Of a DNA stretch of 64,000 nucleotides, positions 15,001 to 28,667 are shown one piece after another. The stretch covers positions 30,878,001-30,942,000 of the forward strand of contig NC_087251.1 in assembly GCF_037042905.1 (NCBI RefSeq), written 5' to 3'. A program made the translations under genes and the position numbers. Under the pieces are notes generated by a model. It worked only from the letters and a program-made list of their open reading frames with translations, did not search any database and was not told the origin of the DNA. This DNA comes from Lytechinus pictus (Eukaryota). Every line of letters starts with the position of its first letter. The first letter of the stretch is position 1.

Positions 15001-16986
15001 TGATATGGATTTTGGCCCCCATGGACCCCCACCAGGAGACTTTGGCCCCCCTATGAGATTCCCTCCCCCTGGGAGGGGCGAGTTTGATCTTCATGGCCCT
15101 CCTCCACCAATGCCGATGGGTCCTGACTTTGACCCCATGTTTGGACCTCCACCACCCCATGGAATGGATCCCATGCATGGTCCTGGACCATTCCCAAGGA
15201 ATGGTCCACCACCTTTTGATAGAAGAGGCCCTCCCCCTGGTTAGTAAAAAAAACGATTGATTATTTAATTCATTAGTTGGGAACGATTCTCTCTCTCCCC
15301 ATCTCTCTTTCCCATTTTTATTGTTTCATGATTGGGGATTTTCTGCCCATCAGCATCTTTGATGTGAATGTGTGATTCTGTGAAACCTATTCCTTGTGAG
15401 AAAATAAATGTAGCGAGGAATGATGTCTCAGTAGTTGAAATATCAGCTATCTTTTTGCAAGGAGGGTTTGCCATCTGACATTATAGTTGTTAAAGTTAAC
15501 ATTGTTGGCTTTTAATCATGTACAAACTTGTAAAAAGGTAAACTTGCATAAGTCAGCCCTCTGTAAGTCGGTTCGTAAGTAGAAGCAAATTTTTTGACGA
15601 GATTATTGTCAAACGTGAGTTACAATTCAAACAGATTTCTGTGGTCCTAATATATATACAGTTGAGGCCAGAAGTTTACATAGACCCAGGAAATTCAAAG
15701 AAAAGTTGACACTTGCCAAACATCATAAAATTACTATATCTTATAAAATATTTGTGCTATCATGACGAATTTGATATCAAACAAATGAGTATGTCATGCC
15801 CCTTCATCACATTGCTTTGTCATCAGGAGCTGAAAAATATTTAGGTGTCATTTCCCCCAAAAAAATCTTCATATTTTAGACAAATCAAAATAAAAACTTG
15901 ACAAAAACATTTAATATTGGTGCTAGTTACTTCTCAACACAAACATTTCAGATTACAATTTTTTGTTCAGTGGTGACATATGATAAAAAAATGTAATATA
16001 AATCATAGATTTGACATTCATATATTTCTATGAAACGATGTCTGAATATAATAACAAACAATATAATACATTTGGCATGAATATGACTTTTTTTCTTCAA
16101 AGAAAATTCCACCTGAAATATACTTTAATCCTGATGGCATCCTAATAATGTGAAAGAGCTTAATACGCTCTTTCATTTGATACCAAATTCGTCATAGTAT
16201 TTGCATTTCTGGAAATATAGTAAATTTTACGATGTTTGGCAAGCGAACAAATTTCACTGAATTCCATGGGTGTATGTAAACTTTTGGCCTCAACTGTAAA
16301 TGCTAAAACTTATATCTTATTTGTCATCATTAATTTTCTAATCTTTGGTTTCTATTGCAGCTATGAGACCTAGCAGTAGATCAGGACCTGGGGGTGCACC
16401 TGATGGACCAATGGGTGGTCCTAGAACGTCATCACCAATGGTAACACCTGATGGTCAACGGGTAAGAACTAATCCCTTATTGTTGAGATACCAGTGGAAC
16501 TGTGCCTAATTTTTTTTTTGGGGGAGGGAACATTGTCATTATAAATGGAGAAAGTTAGCAGTACCTTGTAGCTTCTGAAAGTTTGAGGGTGTTTTGTTAA
16601 AACCTGTCAGTCATTATTTTATGTTACGTGGGTCTCTCTTTGTCTTTACTTGCATTATTGAATAAATATCTGCTAGTTATTTTATGTATTTTACAGTGTT
16701 TTTATTGTAGATTCAGTAAATTATTAGAGTCTATTTGTTTAAATTTTTCTATTTTTCAGTTTGAATATAATCATTCATTCATTCTTACTTTCATTGATTG
16801 ATTCATACATTTTTTTTCCTACTTGATAAAATTCAAACACTTTTCTTGAAATATGTACTTCACTGTGAGTGTCAAGAGGTCACTTTAAAGTATCAAACGT
16901 AATTTATTTCATACTTGTGTTGTTTTTTTTCTTTTCAGGGGCCTCGAGGTCCACCTCCTAGACAGCCTTCCAATATGCAGGCATGA
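2..16986 (+). CDS. MIA3: TANGO1/MIA3 (cTAGE5/MIA2-related) ER exit-site cargo receptor, 5' part outside window, 23 visible exons
   Basis: Phase-consistent GT-AG exon chain: <2-1009, 2361-2786, 3307-3426, 3906-3930, 5063-5229, 5778-5888, 6525-6596, 7108-7212, 7879-7910, 8267-8357, 8794-8854, 9267-9313, 9875-10104, 10728-10829, 11654-11714, 11886-11921, 12834-12901, 13376-13458, 13803-13830, 14203-14231, 14679-15239, 16361-16461, 16939-16986 (TGA). Encodes an acidic luminal region, TM segment LGIPWMFIIIFDASMFTFFMLIFCFW, coiled coils with IQQLMDVTR and [37 protein letters not shown] (resembling MIA3/cTAGE5 as I recall them) and a PPP-rich C-terminus. Confidence 0.9.
4131..4598 (+). mobile_element. 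Non-autonomous Helentron/DINE-like (HINE) element
   Basis: T-run start TTTTTATACGCCC, (GTCY)n microsatellite near 4180-4215, internal tandem duplication, inverted subterminal GGGCGTAT near 4563, short 3' stem-loop ending CTTGTT. Confidence 0.65.
4697..4880. mobile_element. Palindromic MITE (PIF/Harbinger-like)
   Basis: GGTGGGTGTTTCATAAAGCTGTT ... AACAGCTTTATGAAACAGCCACC terminal inverted repeats. Confidence 0.6.
7443..7725 (+). mobile_element. tRNA-derived SINE (Deu-core type)
   Basis: tRNA-like head (GTGGTCTAGTGG box A, degenerate box B GGTTAGAATCC), GGGTACC core, TATTA-type tail. Counterpart at 56394-56678 in the duplicate. Confidence 0.8.
9528..9678. mobile_element. Harbinger-like MITE
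   Basis: GGGCCCCGTTGCATAAAAGTT ... AAACTTTCTGAATCAGGGCCC inverted ends. Also present in the duplicate near 58838-58990. Confidence 0.55.
15659..16296. mobile_element. Non-autonomous Tc1/mariner element
   Basis: TIRs CAGTTGAGGCCAGAAGTTTACATA / TATGTAAACTTTTGGCCTCAACTG, flanked by TA on both sides. Confidence 0.85.
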
Positions 16987-17235
16987 GAGAGAGAGCTGTT
17001 TAGAGTGATACACCCACATAAGCAGCTTCCATCTTCAACAGTTTGATATCAGTATGAAAGATAGAGCCATCGCTGATATTTGTGGAATAGTAGCACCGAA
17101 GACTTCTATTTATAAAAAAATATATGTGGAGAAAGGAAGAATCTTTGTTAAGATTGATATTATTACATGTAAAACATGGTTTCCTCTCATCACACATTCT
17201 GTGTCACACATTCAAGGCTTGCTTACTTAACAGTA

Positions 17236-17412
17236 CAGTCAAACCTGTGTTAGTGGTCACCTCTCTATAGTAGCCACCTGCATATAGTGACCACTAGGAC
17301 CAATTCCCATAAAGGCAGATTGTGTGTATAAGAACCTGGCTATAGCAGCCACCCATCTATGAAGGCCACATTTGTGCTTCGCTTGGGTGGGCACTATAGA
17401 CAAGTTTTGTTG
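17236..17412. mobile_element. pogo/Tigger-like MITE in the presumed 3' UTR
   Basis: TA-CAGTCAAACCTGT ... ACAAGTTTTGTTG-TA degenerate TIRs with internal GTGGTCAC/GTGACCAC-type repeats. Confidence 0.6.
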
Positions 17413-19514
17413 TATGTTGATATTTATAGATTGTGGTGGGTGTTTTACATAGAGTGAAGCCTGACTGAAAGTCATGCTGAAGTGCCTACGTGCACATATG
17501 GGTTATATACCACAGTTGGTTTCAAGTGTGACTTTTTGTCAGATTTAAATCTTTGTGAAACATTGCTGAGTGTTTATGAGGAAGAATTTCAGTAGGGAAA
17601 ATGAAAGTTTGATAATTTCATAATAATTGTAATGCAGATAATTTATTTAGAGAATTGAAATACGAGTTGCAACAATAGATGCATTTACCGCTGTGCTAAA
17701 ATATTTAGATCATTTTCGTTGCATTATCTCTATTGTGGCCACTATCATATTTGACAGTTTGTAATATTGAGTGATTTCAAGTACTTTGTTTATGTTAGTG
17801 TTGGTGTTAAGAGCATGAAGGAATGTTGAGAACTTAGCTTCAACATTTGACAGTCATTTGAAGCCATTACCGATGGCTCAGCACCTTTATGCAGTTAAAC
17901 AAAAAAGTTTTGATGATGAATGAGTGAGAAATTAGTGAGAAATGGAACTCAGATGTCGTATAAAGACTGTAAAATCTGAAATTGCCTTGAAAAATCGAAT
18001 GGAATATGTTATAATTGTCTAAGATGTATTAATTTGCAATGATTTGCAGTCATTTTTAACTGTAAGGATTATTTTATTATGTTCTCATTATCTGGAGATT
18101 TTGAAGACGAACATGAATACTTAATTTGAAATTATTTCTCAATCCCCAGAGTTTTAGTGAATGGTGAAATTATGTGTAAATTGTCATTCACTGTGATATT
18201 CTTTTCTGCAGACAATGTTCCACAAAAATACTTCATAATTCTGTGGTCAATTCTAACACCAACTTACAACACTGTATTTGAACTCACCCACTCACCCAGT
18301 ATGTTAAATTCAACATTTTAGGCAAGTGAGCCTTAACCTTGTTAACAGTAAGCTAGTCTATATTTATTTTTGATTGCCAGTATTGTCTTGAGGTAAATGA
18401 TTTTTTTTTTCAAACTTCTTGAGACTAGTTATTCATAAAGATTCATTTTATCATTCTCGTCTAATTATGATATTGTAATTTTCCATGTAAGATATTTTTA
18501 AATGCATTTGGGCATGCACAATGCTTATGCTAGTTAAAGAATATAGTCCCTTTCTAGGAGTTACTCTGTGTATCATTTTGAAAGTGCAATGAAGATAGGT
18601 TGATCTGAAGTTGTTAGCATTATTTCATATCATTGGACATTTTCTTTGTGAAAATGTGTTTTCACTGAGTATTTTTTGGAGGATTTGAGTAGTTATTCAA
18701 TCCGGAATGAAAGTTAATATAGATTACAAGCTTGCATTGAGACACTTGTAGAATGGTAGCCTTTTGACAAGACTTTTTTTTTTACCATTACACGATAATT
18801 GACAAAAAAATGGCCCAGTGATTAAGACTGCAAACAATGAATTGGGTGAGCCATTTATATATATATTGCCAGTTGAGTAAATACTTGAATATTCATTACT
18901 CTGTCCTGGGGCCCACAATTACGACAATTGACCAATCAAAATGATCGTCTCTAACCCCTCCACAATGATATTCATTGTTAATGTCTATGGGTTGAGCTGT
19001 CATGAAAAACGGCTCCTAATTGGGTATTATCATATTGGTAGCAGATAAGAAATGAGATGCAAAAAGGCCACCTTGCTGTGCTCAGTAGTATAGTCTTTCC
19101 ACTTCAGACCCTTTACATTATACAGAGGGAGTTCTTGACAAAAGGCTACTAGAATTGTGATGAAGCAATGGGTTATTCTATCAGACTACTTTATAGAACA
19201 AAACAGCAACCTCTATCACTCTATTTTATTTCTTAGTTGAAATTAAACTACTTACCCATTAAGTGCCAAATATATATTTTCCTGTTGTGCTTTCCTGCTC
19301 TACAATATTTCTGTATTCACTTGAGGCTAATCTTGAGTGCTAACATTTTGGATAATCTAGAATTATTAAATTTAGTTCTTAAAAGTTTGGTGCTCAAAAT
19401 GTAATAATTAGAAATTATTTGCAGCATAATAGAGAAATGGATAAGCACAATTTTTCTGTTTCTTTCTCTTTCATCTTGATGTTTCTTTCTTTTTTGTGTA
19501 AATTTCCGGAGCAT

Positions 19515-19700
19515 GGTGAGGTGAGGTGAGGTGAGGTGAATGGGTACCCGGTAGGAAGAAATTCCTTGAATGCTTGAGCGCCTAGGCAGCTCAGCTAAAG
19601 CCGGGGTAATAATAATAGCAGGGCCCGCTGGTAGAACAGTTTTCGAAACTGAAGTGGCTACCCTGGGTAAATATACCTATATTATTATTATTATTATTAT
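19515..19700 (+). mobile_element. 5'-truncated SINE fragment
   Basis: GGTGAATGGGTACCCGG core, AGCTAAAGCCGGGGTAAT and (ATT)n tail as in the 7443 SINE. Preceded by a (GTGAG)n expansion. Confidence 0.7.
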
Positions 19701-20557
19701 TGATAAAGCTATCAGTCAAAACTTCCCTGGACATGTTGAAATATTGAATTAAAGAGATGAAATCTCAAAATTATACTTCAGATTTTGTTTTACTGGTCAT
19801 TGTTTGAGGTAGAAGTTTATTTTGTGTAATAAACATGGTTTATGTTCAGTTGGTCTACTATGAACTTGGTCAAATTGCCATTTGATTTACACTTGATCTA
19901 ATACCAGCTTAGTCTGATTCCCATTTAGTCTAACTCTCATATCCACTTGGTCTCATTTCAATTTCGGTTACTTCTTATTTTTTAATTTGTCAAAATGAAA
20001 TTTGATTCATAAACAGTTCATCTAACAATATATATGGGTATTAGCCGAAATGGGGAGAGGCCAACTGGAAATCAGACAATGTGGTAAATGGGCAAAATAG
20101 CAATTAGACCAAGTGGTTAGTAGATGAACTGCTGGTTGTAGATGAAGTAGGATGAGACCATATGGAAACTAGATGAAGCGGATGAGGGCCAATCAACAAT
20201 TTATAATGTCTATATATATATATGTCCCAGAGTCTGAGACTGTTGATAGAGCAATTTGACCCTATACCCCCCCCCCCCCCTCACCACCATTTGAATTTCA
20301 GTTGGCAATTTACAAGAATTTTTTATATTTTTAATTCCATTGAACCTCAGTAGCCTTACAGGACCTATTGTAAGTTGGTCACGCTGCATTTTTACTTACC
20401 CATTTGTGACTAGTCCACCCTGACAATAAGTTAGTTTCAACAAGAACATAGGTTTGAAAAAATATGTATTTTTAATTTTTTTTTGCAAATTGGAATAAAA
20501 TGGAAAAAAAATCTTGGCCTTTTAGAGATTTTGTGATTTTTTCAAAAGTCTTATCCT

Positions 20558-20856
20558 GGGCCCCGTCTTACAAAGAGTTACGATTGAACCAGTTACGATT
20601 GATCCAATCAATCGTAATTCTATGGAAATCCATCAGTGTCATAAATTTTTCTACAGGAAATTTTCAAAATATCCTTTGTATATATGAAGGAGATCACACC
20701 AAATTGTCAAAATTCAAGAAATCAATGAATTTATGGATATACATTCATATCTATATTTTTTTTAATAATAAACATGCATTTTATATGTTGACTTTGCTGG
20801 CTTTCCATAGCTGCGATTGATTGGATCAATTACAACTCTTTGTAAGAAGGGGCCCT
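20558..20856. mobile_element. Harbinger-like MITE
   Basis: GGGCCCCGTCTTACAAAGAGTT ... AACTCTTTGTAAGAAGGGGCCC inverted ends, CTG flanks. Confidence 0.65.
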
Positions 20857-22927
20857 GGTCAGTTTGCAATGAGGAAAACAATGTCACACTATTCTGTATT
20901 TTGTTAAATGAAATATTTATTTGATGATTTAAAAGGGACTTCCCCTACATCACAGAAGATAATGATTAAAATGATTTTTTTTATTTTTCATGAAGTATCA
21001 AACCCAATTTTGACATTATAAGGGGCCATCTATGTGCCCTCCCCCCACCATGCTCCAGGGGTCAGTTTCATAAGGAGATACAATGATACTAACTTTGCCG
21101 TTATTGTAACTACCATGGAAACCTTGATTATGATTGGCTGCTGAGCCTCGTTACCATTGTTATTCACAATGACAATTATACCGTACTAGTAACTTTGTGA
21201 AATTGCGGGCCCCAGCTTCCTACACCTATCAAGAGATAATATTGGATTTTTAAATTGAAACTAGATCTTGAATTCAAGCTCACAAAATTATTTTAATAAA
21301 TGAATTTGACAAGATCCAAACCACATCCCCAAGATTCAAATGCAAAGTTCAAGGAAATGTCAACAAAAATTTAAAGAACCCTTTCCCCCTATCATCAGCT
21401 TGTAATTGCAAACCATATGTACCTTTCAAAATTAAATTTCCATCATGATAGTATGATGATAAATCAATTTCTATTAAACATATCAATGCACAAAAGATGG
21501 TCAAGTGCACCCCAACAAAAAGTTTATTTTAATGAATAGAAAAAAATTAACAAGCATAATGTTGAAAATTCATTAAAAATCAAATGTAATATACAAGAAA
21601 GATGTGATATTTTAAATTTTACTTATTTTCACAAAACAATTATTTACACACTTCGGGTGATAAGCAAATGAGAGCTGATGATATACAGTCCTTTGGGGGA
21701 AGGGTATCATATTTCAATTTTTGCACATTTGACAATTAGGAAGCTCTTCATGGAATCACAGTTGGTTTAAAAGATGGGAATTCCACATGTTCAAGGAGGA
21801 AAGAAACCTTTTTTCGATTAAGAAGAGAATTAGACTTTTCTATTTATCAAATATACAAAAGAAATAGTGAGTGGGTATGTGGCATTCCCTCATTTGCATT
21901 CTGATAAAGATGTACATATATATGTTATGTGAAATTAAGTGAAACTTATATTGTAATTTTTTTGGGGGGTCTTTTTAACACAATTTTAATCTCAATTGTG
22001 ATTGTTTGATGTTTCTCTATTCATTTAAATCAAAGTTTTGTTGATATAAAGAGATGGAGTGAGAGAGAGGGGGGGGGGGTGGTGAATAGATTGAGATATA
22101 GACACAGTATTTTATATATCACCCCCCCCCTCTTTAATGCCCCTCATTTTGTTTTTCAATTATTGGGGGTAAATAAAAATATAGTTTGCCAGGTTAGATC
22201 AATGTCCCTTAATGCTTACTAGTTTATTCATATTTTCTCACTCTAAAGCTCCCTGGTAGCTAGACAAGCGCTTCAAGTGTATTTTCCATAGAGGGTTTGT
22301 CACAATATGGCACAACTCATATCACGGCAAATAACAGAAAGATGGGGGGGGGGGAGAGCGAGAGGCCTGATGAGATGGGACAGGATCGAGACTGGAACAG
22401 TTTGTAGATCCTATGAAGTATTATTTTCGTAGGAGTGGTATGACGGGGAAAACCCCCTTATCCAATGATTGAGCAATGAGGAAATGACCGCAAACAATGT
22501 GTATTACCCGCGATGATCATAAATTAACTTTTATCGAAATTTTGGTAATATAAGTTGTTGTCTTTTTTAGCTATTACAACTTGAATTAGCTTGCTAATAT
22601 TTCATGTTGCACAACTGTTTGTAAGTGCCACGCCTTTTTCTGCAAGTTTTCCAAGTTCGAAGAGCGAGGTGATGCAGGGCGGCGCACGAGATAAGAGGCT
22701 AAACGCCCTCTTGAGTTCTAAAATTTACAGTAATTCTGGACGTTCATCGTATTTTCGGGAACGATAATGGTTACACTTTCTGCATGTTTTGAAGCTTTTT
22801 GAAGAAAAAGTAAGTATTATCGAGACGCTAAGTATTATCTTCGGATCGGTAATTTAAATTCTATCATATTTTCTTTTGTTTGCAGGCAAGAATTTCTTGA
22901 TTTGAATGTAAAATTTTATGTTTTCCC

Positions 22928-22976
22928 TAACCCAGAGAGCTCCCGCCCGCTGCGCGGACGGGAGCTCTCTGGGTTA
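22928..22976. mobile_element. 49-bp hairpin micro-element with 9-bp TSD
   Basis: Perfect 18-bp inverted repeat TAACCCAGAGAGCTCCCG around a 13-nt loop, flanked by TGTTTTCCC at 22919-22927 and 22977-22985. Confidence 0.8.
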
Positions 22977-25637
22977 TGTTTTCCCCAGGTAGCTAGCAGT
23001 CAAGCCGCAGCGCCCGGACAATCGCACGCATTTATACAACTCGTATGCACGAAAGTTTTGTCTCTGCATATGTAATGAGCAATGACAGACCTGGATTCGC
23101 AACATAATAACTCTGGAAAGAAATGACACATTTTCATGAAATCTTCGGGGTTATGGAGATAAAACTATGAAATTTCATTTGTCTAAAGACAAATCTTAGG
23201 TGAATTATAGAAATACTTGAAAATCTAAGAGATTTATCGGAGCAAAAAGTGTACTGGACTACTGCTACTCGTTTACAAAACATCTTGAAAATTAAGTTCT
23301 TTATACACGATTCACCGAAATAATTGCTTCAGAGTATCAATAAACCTTCTTTCTAGTAAATAGTACCCATAATGTAATATTCTACGATCTATACCAGTCA
23401 GGAGCTAGCAAAATATAACCAGTGTTCCAAAAGGCCGAAGGAAAAATTGCTCGCCGTACGAACGCGATGTTTTGATTGGCATCCCGCCGGGGGTTCCCCC
23501 ACAATGCTTCACACCAGTTCCGTATAACTGCGAGCGAGGAAAACAGTGCGCGCCCGCCGAGTGTCCATTGTGATTAACCGTACGGTGTATTTCATAGTGA
23601 GTGTACCCCCGTTACCAAAAGCCCTCCGACTTACGTTATTGTACCACTCGTTGACTATTGTGTCTGTATCACTTTTGGAAGTGAGTCGTCGTCTCGGGGT
23701 CTTTTTAGCAGGGCGTTTTAGAAGTTATGGTATTTGTCTGTTTGTATTGCCATCTTAGTGTTCTTCGTATAACATGTACTGATCGATGTTTGATACTGTT
23801 TTTTTTTAATACTCCAAAAAGTGATAAAGAAATGAAAACCAAAGTTCAACACCGCAAATTCACGTATACATGTAGTTTAAGCAATTTTATTTTACCCATG
23901 ATGATATAGCCATACTATTGGCATGAAATTATTAAATCTCTTTGGTAAATTGAAACTTTAATCCAATGCAGTGATGGATCCCGATGATAGGGGAAAAGTC
24001 CTCCCCCCCCCTCCAAACCCCAAAGGATTTTTTGTGGGGGGGGGTGGGCTTGACAGTAATAAATTTTTAGAAATGGGGAAAAAATTACACCCCCCCCCCC
24101 TTAGGCTATGCACACAATGCACTCTTTTTATTCTGAAAATACACCCTTGCCTTGTAAATCATATTTCTAAAGCATCATTAAGAAAATCATTTAAAACACC
24201 CCCCCCCCCTCTCTCTCTCTGACATGTTTCTTTCTCCCCTTTTCTCCTTGTTTTCCTCACTCTTCTTTTTCTAGTATCTCTTTCTCACTCTCACCTCTTA
24301 TATTTCTGTTATTTTTTTCCTCACACACATACTCCATTCTCAACCGCACATAGGCCTATCAATTGAAAAATAATGGGTAAATCAGGCACAAAAAGAGCGG
24401 TGTACTAGATGGAATTAAATAATGCTCCAAATGGCAAGACAACTTTTATTAACAGCTGACAGTGGATGAGCATGCTTGCAAAAACATATATACATTAAAA
24501 ATACTGTACATCTCGTGTGAATACCCGACTTGTCACAATTTACATGAGGTATAGGAATGCTGGAAATGTTATCGTATGGGCCTTACCACATGGCCCATGG
24601 TAACTACATCATATACTGTAGTACAAATCACAAAGTTGCTTCTACGATGCATTTCCCAGGAGCGTTGTAATAATAATATCAAACAGAATAGTACTTGAGA
24701 CACTTCTAACAGCTTTGGGAGAGAGAAAAAAAATCCAGGTATCTCCACTTCTTTACCAACTGGTGTTTAAAAGGAATGTTTGTACAAACTTCTTTCTTCT
24801 TTACTACTTGTACTTCACACACAAATTTGAAACTTAAATCGTTCTAGAGAAAACAAGTTAAATATTACATACAAAAATACATGAAAAAAATATAACCTTT
24901 TTATAGTAACATAACAAGTTTAAGAATAAACATACTCTTTATAAAACTTTGTATCAGAAGTCGTTCAAGGTAGAATACAATCAATACACTATGCTTAAAA
25001 AAATCACATACTTTTAGACAATATACTGTATTGTAAAAAGAACCATATACCAGTAGTCCAGTCAAGCCCCCGAAGCTACCGCCATTTTGTTTAATCCATT
25101 AGAAGCTAAAATAAGCCCTCATTAATATTAATTTCGTACGATGCTCCCTCGTCAACTGTGGTTTTGTACGTGTATTAGACAATACGCACATCAGCGCAAT
25201 GACAAAGGTCAACTTGGCAAATTCATTAATGTATTCATTTTGTTACGCGCTCGTGACGCGAAGGATTCAGCGAATCAAGCAAGCTCAAATCTGAGACGAT
25301 ACGTTGCGCTCTATAAAGTATCGATATCACAAGCGATATCACTTATAAACAAAGCATTGCTTGTATTGCGTCTTATCTTATAGGCCTTTGCTAATTCCAA
25401 AAGGGAAGATGAAAAGGGTAGATCGAGTCGTGATTAGGTAAAGAGGTCTCTAGTGCTTTTGCCATCCCTAAATCGTAATAACCATACTTGTAACTCATGA
25501 TGAAACGGGCCCCTATTTATCATGTTTAATACATTTCCTGTCCCCTTTATTCTCCAGCATTTCTTACTCTGTTTTTTTTCTTCCATTTAATCATTTTCCC
25601 ACTCAAAATTCTTTTGTGCCGCCTTTCTCCTATATAT

Positions 25638-26460
25638 GTAGAGCTCATTTTCAAAAGGGGTTAGGTCCATTTTTCATCAAACTTGATTCTTATGTCTTAA
25701 TGTAAAGATTTTTAGTAGCTATATAAGATGATACCATAGAAAAGTTGAAATTCCTATTAAAAAGTGAACTGATATGGCAAAGAAAAATCACCTTTTTTCA
25801 AAAGGGGTTAGGTCCATTTCAGTTTAGTTGCAAAAGGGGTTAGGTCCACACAGACTTTTTTTGGAAAATAATATCTTAAAATATATGAAGACAAGTAGAT
25901 ATCTTTTATACCCAATTTCATGTTCTCATGGTAGCTAGGGTATCATGAAAATTCAGTTTCGCATAAGAATATTGCAATATGGGAGAATTAAAAAAGAATT
26001 ATTTTCTTGGAGTGGACCTCACCCCTTTTGCAACTAAACTCTTCTGAAGAACTCATTTGTCAAAAGGGGTGAGGTCCATTTTTCATATATTTTTATTGTT
26101 TTCTGTCTCTAAACCTCAAAATTTTCAGTCACTCTGATGATACCAAAGAAAATTTGAAATTCAAATGAAAACGTGAATGGAAGTGGCAAAGAAAAATCAC
26201 TTTTTTAATCAAAAGAGATTGGATTCACTTCAATTTACTTGCAAAAGGGGTTAGGTACACAATGATATTTTTAAAAGTATATAGAAAAAAATTGAAGACG
26301 GGTAGATTTCTTTTATACCCAATTTTATGTTCACATGATAGAGTAGTACATCATGACAATTTAGTTTCTCATAAGAATATTGCAATAAGTGAGAATAAAA
26401 ACATGGTTTTTCTCGGAATGGTCCAAAGTGGCCCTAACCCCTTTTGCAACTAAACTCTTC
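25638..26460 (+). mobile_element. Dimeric non-autonomous DNA transposon with 4-bp TSD (Sola-like), copy A
   Basis: Two ~410-bp units with repeated AAAAGGGGTTAGGTCC motifs, termini G(T/A)AGAG...CTCTTC, TSD ATAT. Confidence 0.7.
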
Positions 26461-26607
26461 ATATATTTCCTTCTTCTTTTCCCACTTGTTATCTGTCTCC
26501 TGGTTTCCATAAATCTTGTCTTATTTCTCTTCCACCCCTTTTGTTCCTACTTCCCACATTCTAGCTCTCTTACCACCCCCCCCCCCTCTAAATTATCTCT
26601 TCATATG

Positions 26608-26786
26608 CAGGGGCCGCGGAACGGTTTTCAAAGTGGGGGGGGGGGGCTGAGCCAAAAGTGGTGGGGCTGACCATGCTAAAAATCACAATTTTTAATTTTT
26701 AATTTTAATTTTTACGTTTTTGTACACGGTTTTGGAAAAAAGTGGGGGGGGGGGGGCTGAAGCCCCCCCCGCTTCCGTGGCCCCTG
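26608..26786. mobile_element. hAT-like MITE
   Basis: CAGGGGCCGCGGAA ... TTCCGTGGCCCCTG TIRs with 5-bp direct flank ATATG. Confidence 0.65.
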
Positions 26787-28667
26787 ATATGTGCCCCTCC
26801 ATTTCTTTCTCATCTCTTTTCAATCCACTTCTCATCACTCTTTCCCTCTCTCGATCTTCATCTCATTTTGAATTTTGCAAATTCCAAATCCCTTTCATTT
26901 TAGCTCTGTACAAATACTATATGAACACAAATGAAAGACATAAATGAATTCTCTGGTTAGTGGTGAATTTTATTAATTAGCCCAGGCGCGGATCCAAAAT
27001 TTTGTGGGGAGGGGGGCCCAAATTTGACCTGATTTTTGGCGCCCATGTGTACTTTTCGAAAAATGGCGCCCCCTCCCTCCCGGCCAGGCTAACTTAAATG
27101 CCTTGAATGTATTTTGAATTATCTTATTACATAATCACATAAAAAAAGGCAATTAAAGACCACTTTTTTTATGTGTTCTTGAACAAAAAAATCCATGAAT
27201 ATATAATGTAATATCAATTGGAGCGCGAAGCGCGAGCGATTTTGGGGGGTCTCAATTTGGTTTAACTTCTCACCAGAGTAGGCCCTACTAGAATATTGTG
27301 TGAACGGGAGCTGTAGTTTCTTTACTAGTTGTTTAGAATAGCCCTTATTAATATCAATGATAACCTCTTGGGAATAATGCAATCTCGAAGCAATCGACTC
27401 AATCTCCTCATCAGTAGCGAAGCTGTGATTTATTCAGCAGGGTTGCACGGGGGGGGGGGGGGGTGCTTGTTGAACTTTTGTAGAGGGCACCAAGATAAAA
27501 CAATAAAAATAAAATGGGGGGTAGAAGTTAAAGAAATTCCGAAATTTTATTCTTAAAAACACATTGAGGTATCTCACAAGGCCTAAATAAATAATGATAA
27601 CGCGAAGCGCGATATATTTGACATAAAATTTGGAAAATAATATTATATTTCACCATAATCCCTTTCCTTTTCTCTCTTTTTTTTCTTGGTCGTGATTTTT
27701 TTTTTTTTTTTTTTTGGGGGGGACAAAACGCCCATGTCCTAACAGTCATTTCCTAGCTTTACTTTATAAACAACATTAATGTGCAATAATCTCATAAGCC
27801 CTATGCGAGGAAAAAAAAATTAAATTTCATGTATTTTGACCTGAAAATTGAACATTCTGGGCAATGTTTGTGAAACTGAACAAGATGCGTATGTAACTAG
27901 ATAATTACTACGAGCGCGAAGCGCGAGCAGAAATTTTTAATGTGCGTTCTGACCTGGTCGAAAAGGGACCTGTTAAGGAAGTTTTGCAGTTAGCCATTAA
28001 GACAATACATATTTCAACGATTAAATAATGCGACGCGAAGCGCGAGCTGAACATTTTTGATATTCCAACCTAAAAAATTAGATTTCAAACCCCCAACGGG
28101 ACACTCGATTCATGTTTTGTCACTCATGAAAAATGATGGGTAGTTTTTGGTATCTTCCTACATTAATAATACGAGCGCAAAGCGCGAGCAGAAAATTTTG
28201 ATATTCTGATCTAAAACTGGATAATTTTAGCACGTTTTTAATAAGATCAAGATGCGTATCTCGATAAACATGCATGCACGTGTTTTAGAGTTAGACAAAA
28301 TCTGGGCATTCTGAATACATTTCATTTTTCATCATGAAAATCAATAATGCGAGCGCGGATCGCGAGCTGGAAATAATATTTGAAATTCCGATATGAAATG
28401 GGTCAATTTAAGCAATATTTAAAGCACTGTGTATATAGGGGAATTGTGAAGTGGATGTGGAAAGTACTTAATAAATGATTCGAGCGCGAAGCGCGAGCTG
28501 ATATTTTATTATTTTTTTAAACTAGGATCGAGACATTTTAGGCCTAAGGACATTTTGTCATATAAAAATGATGCCTATCTTTTATTCCTCTTCCTAGAAC
28601 GTGTCGATATTTTTTTTTGAAAAAGGACAATTTAGTTATGAATTCATAAAAATTGTATTTCATATTT

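Noticed and set aside
14502..15178. Antisense and alternative-frame ORFs over the proline-rich exon (also 349-609, 2345-2861, 49252-49707)
   Set aside because: Shadow ORFs of biased or repetitive coding sequence.
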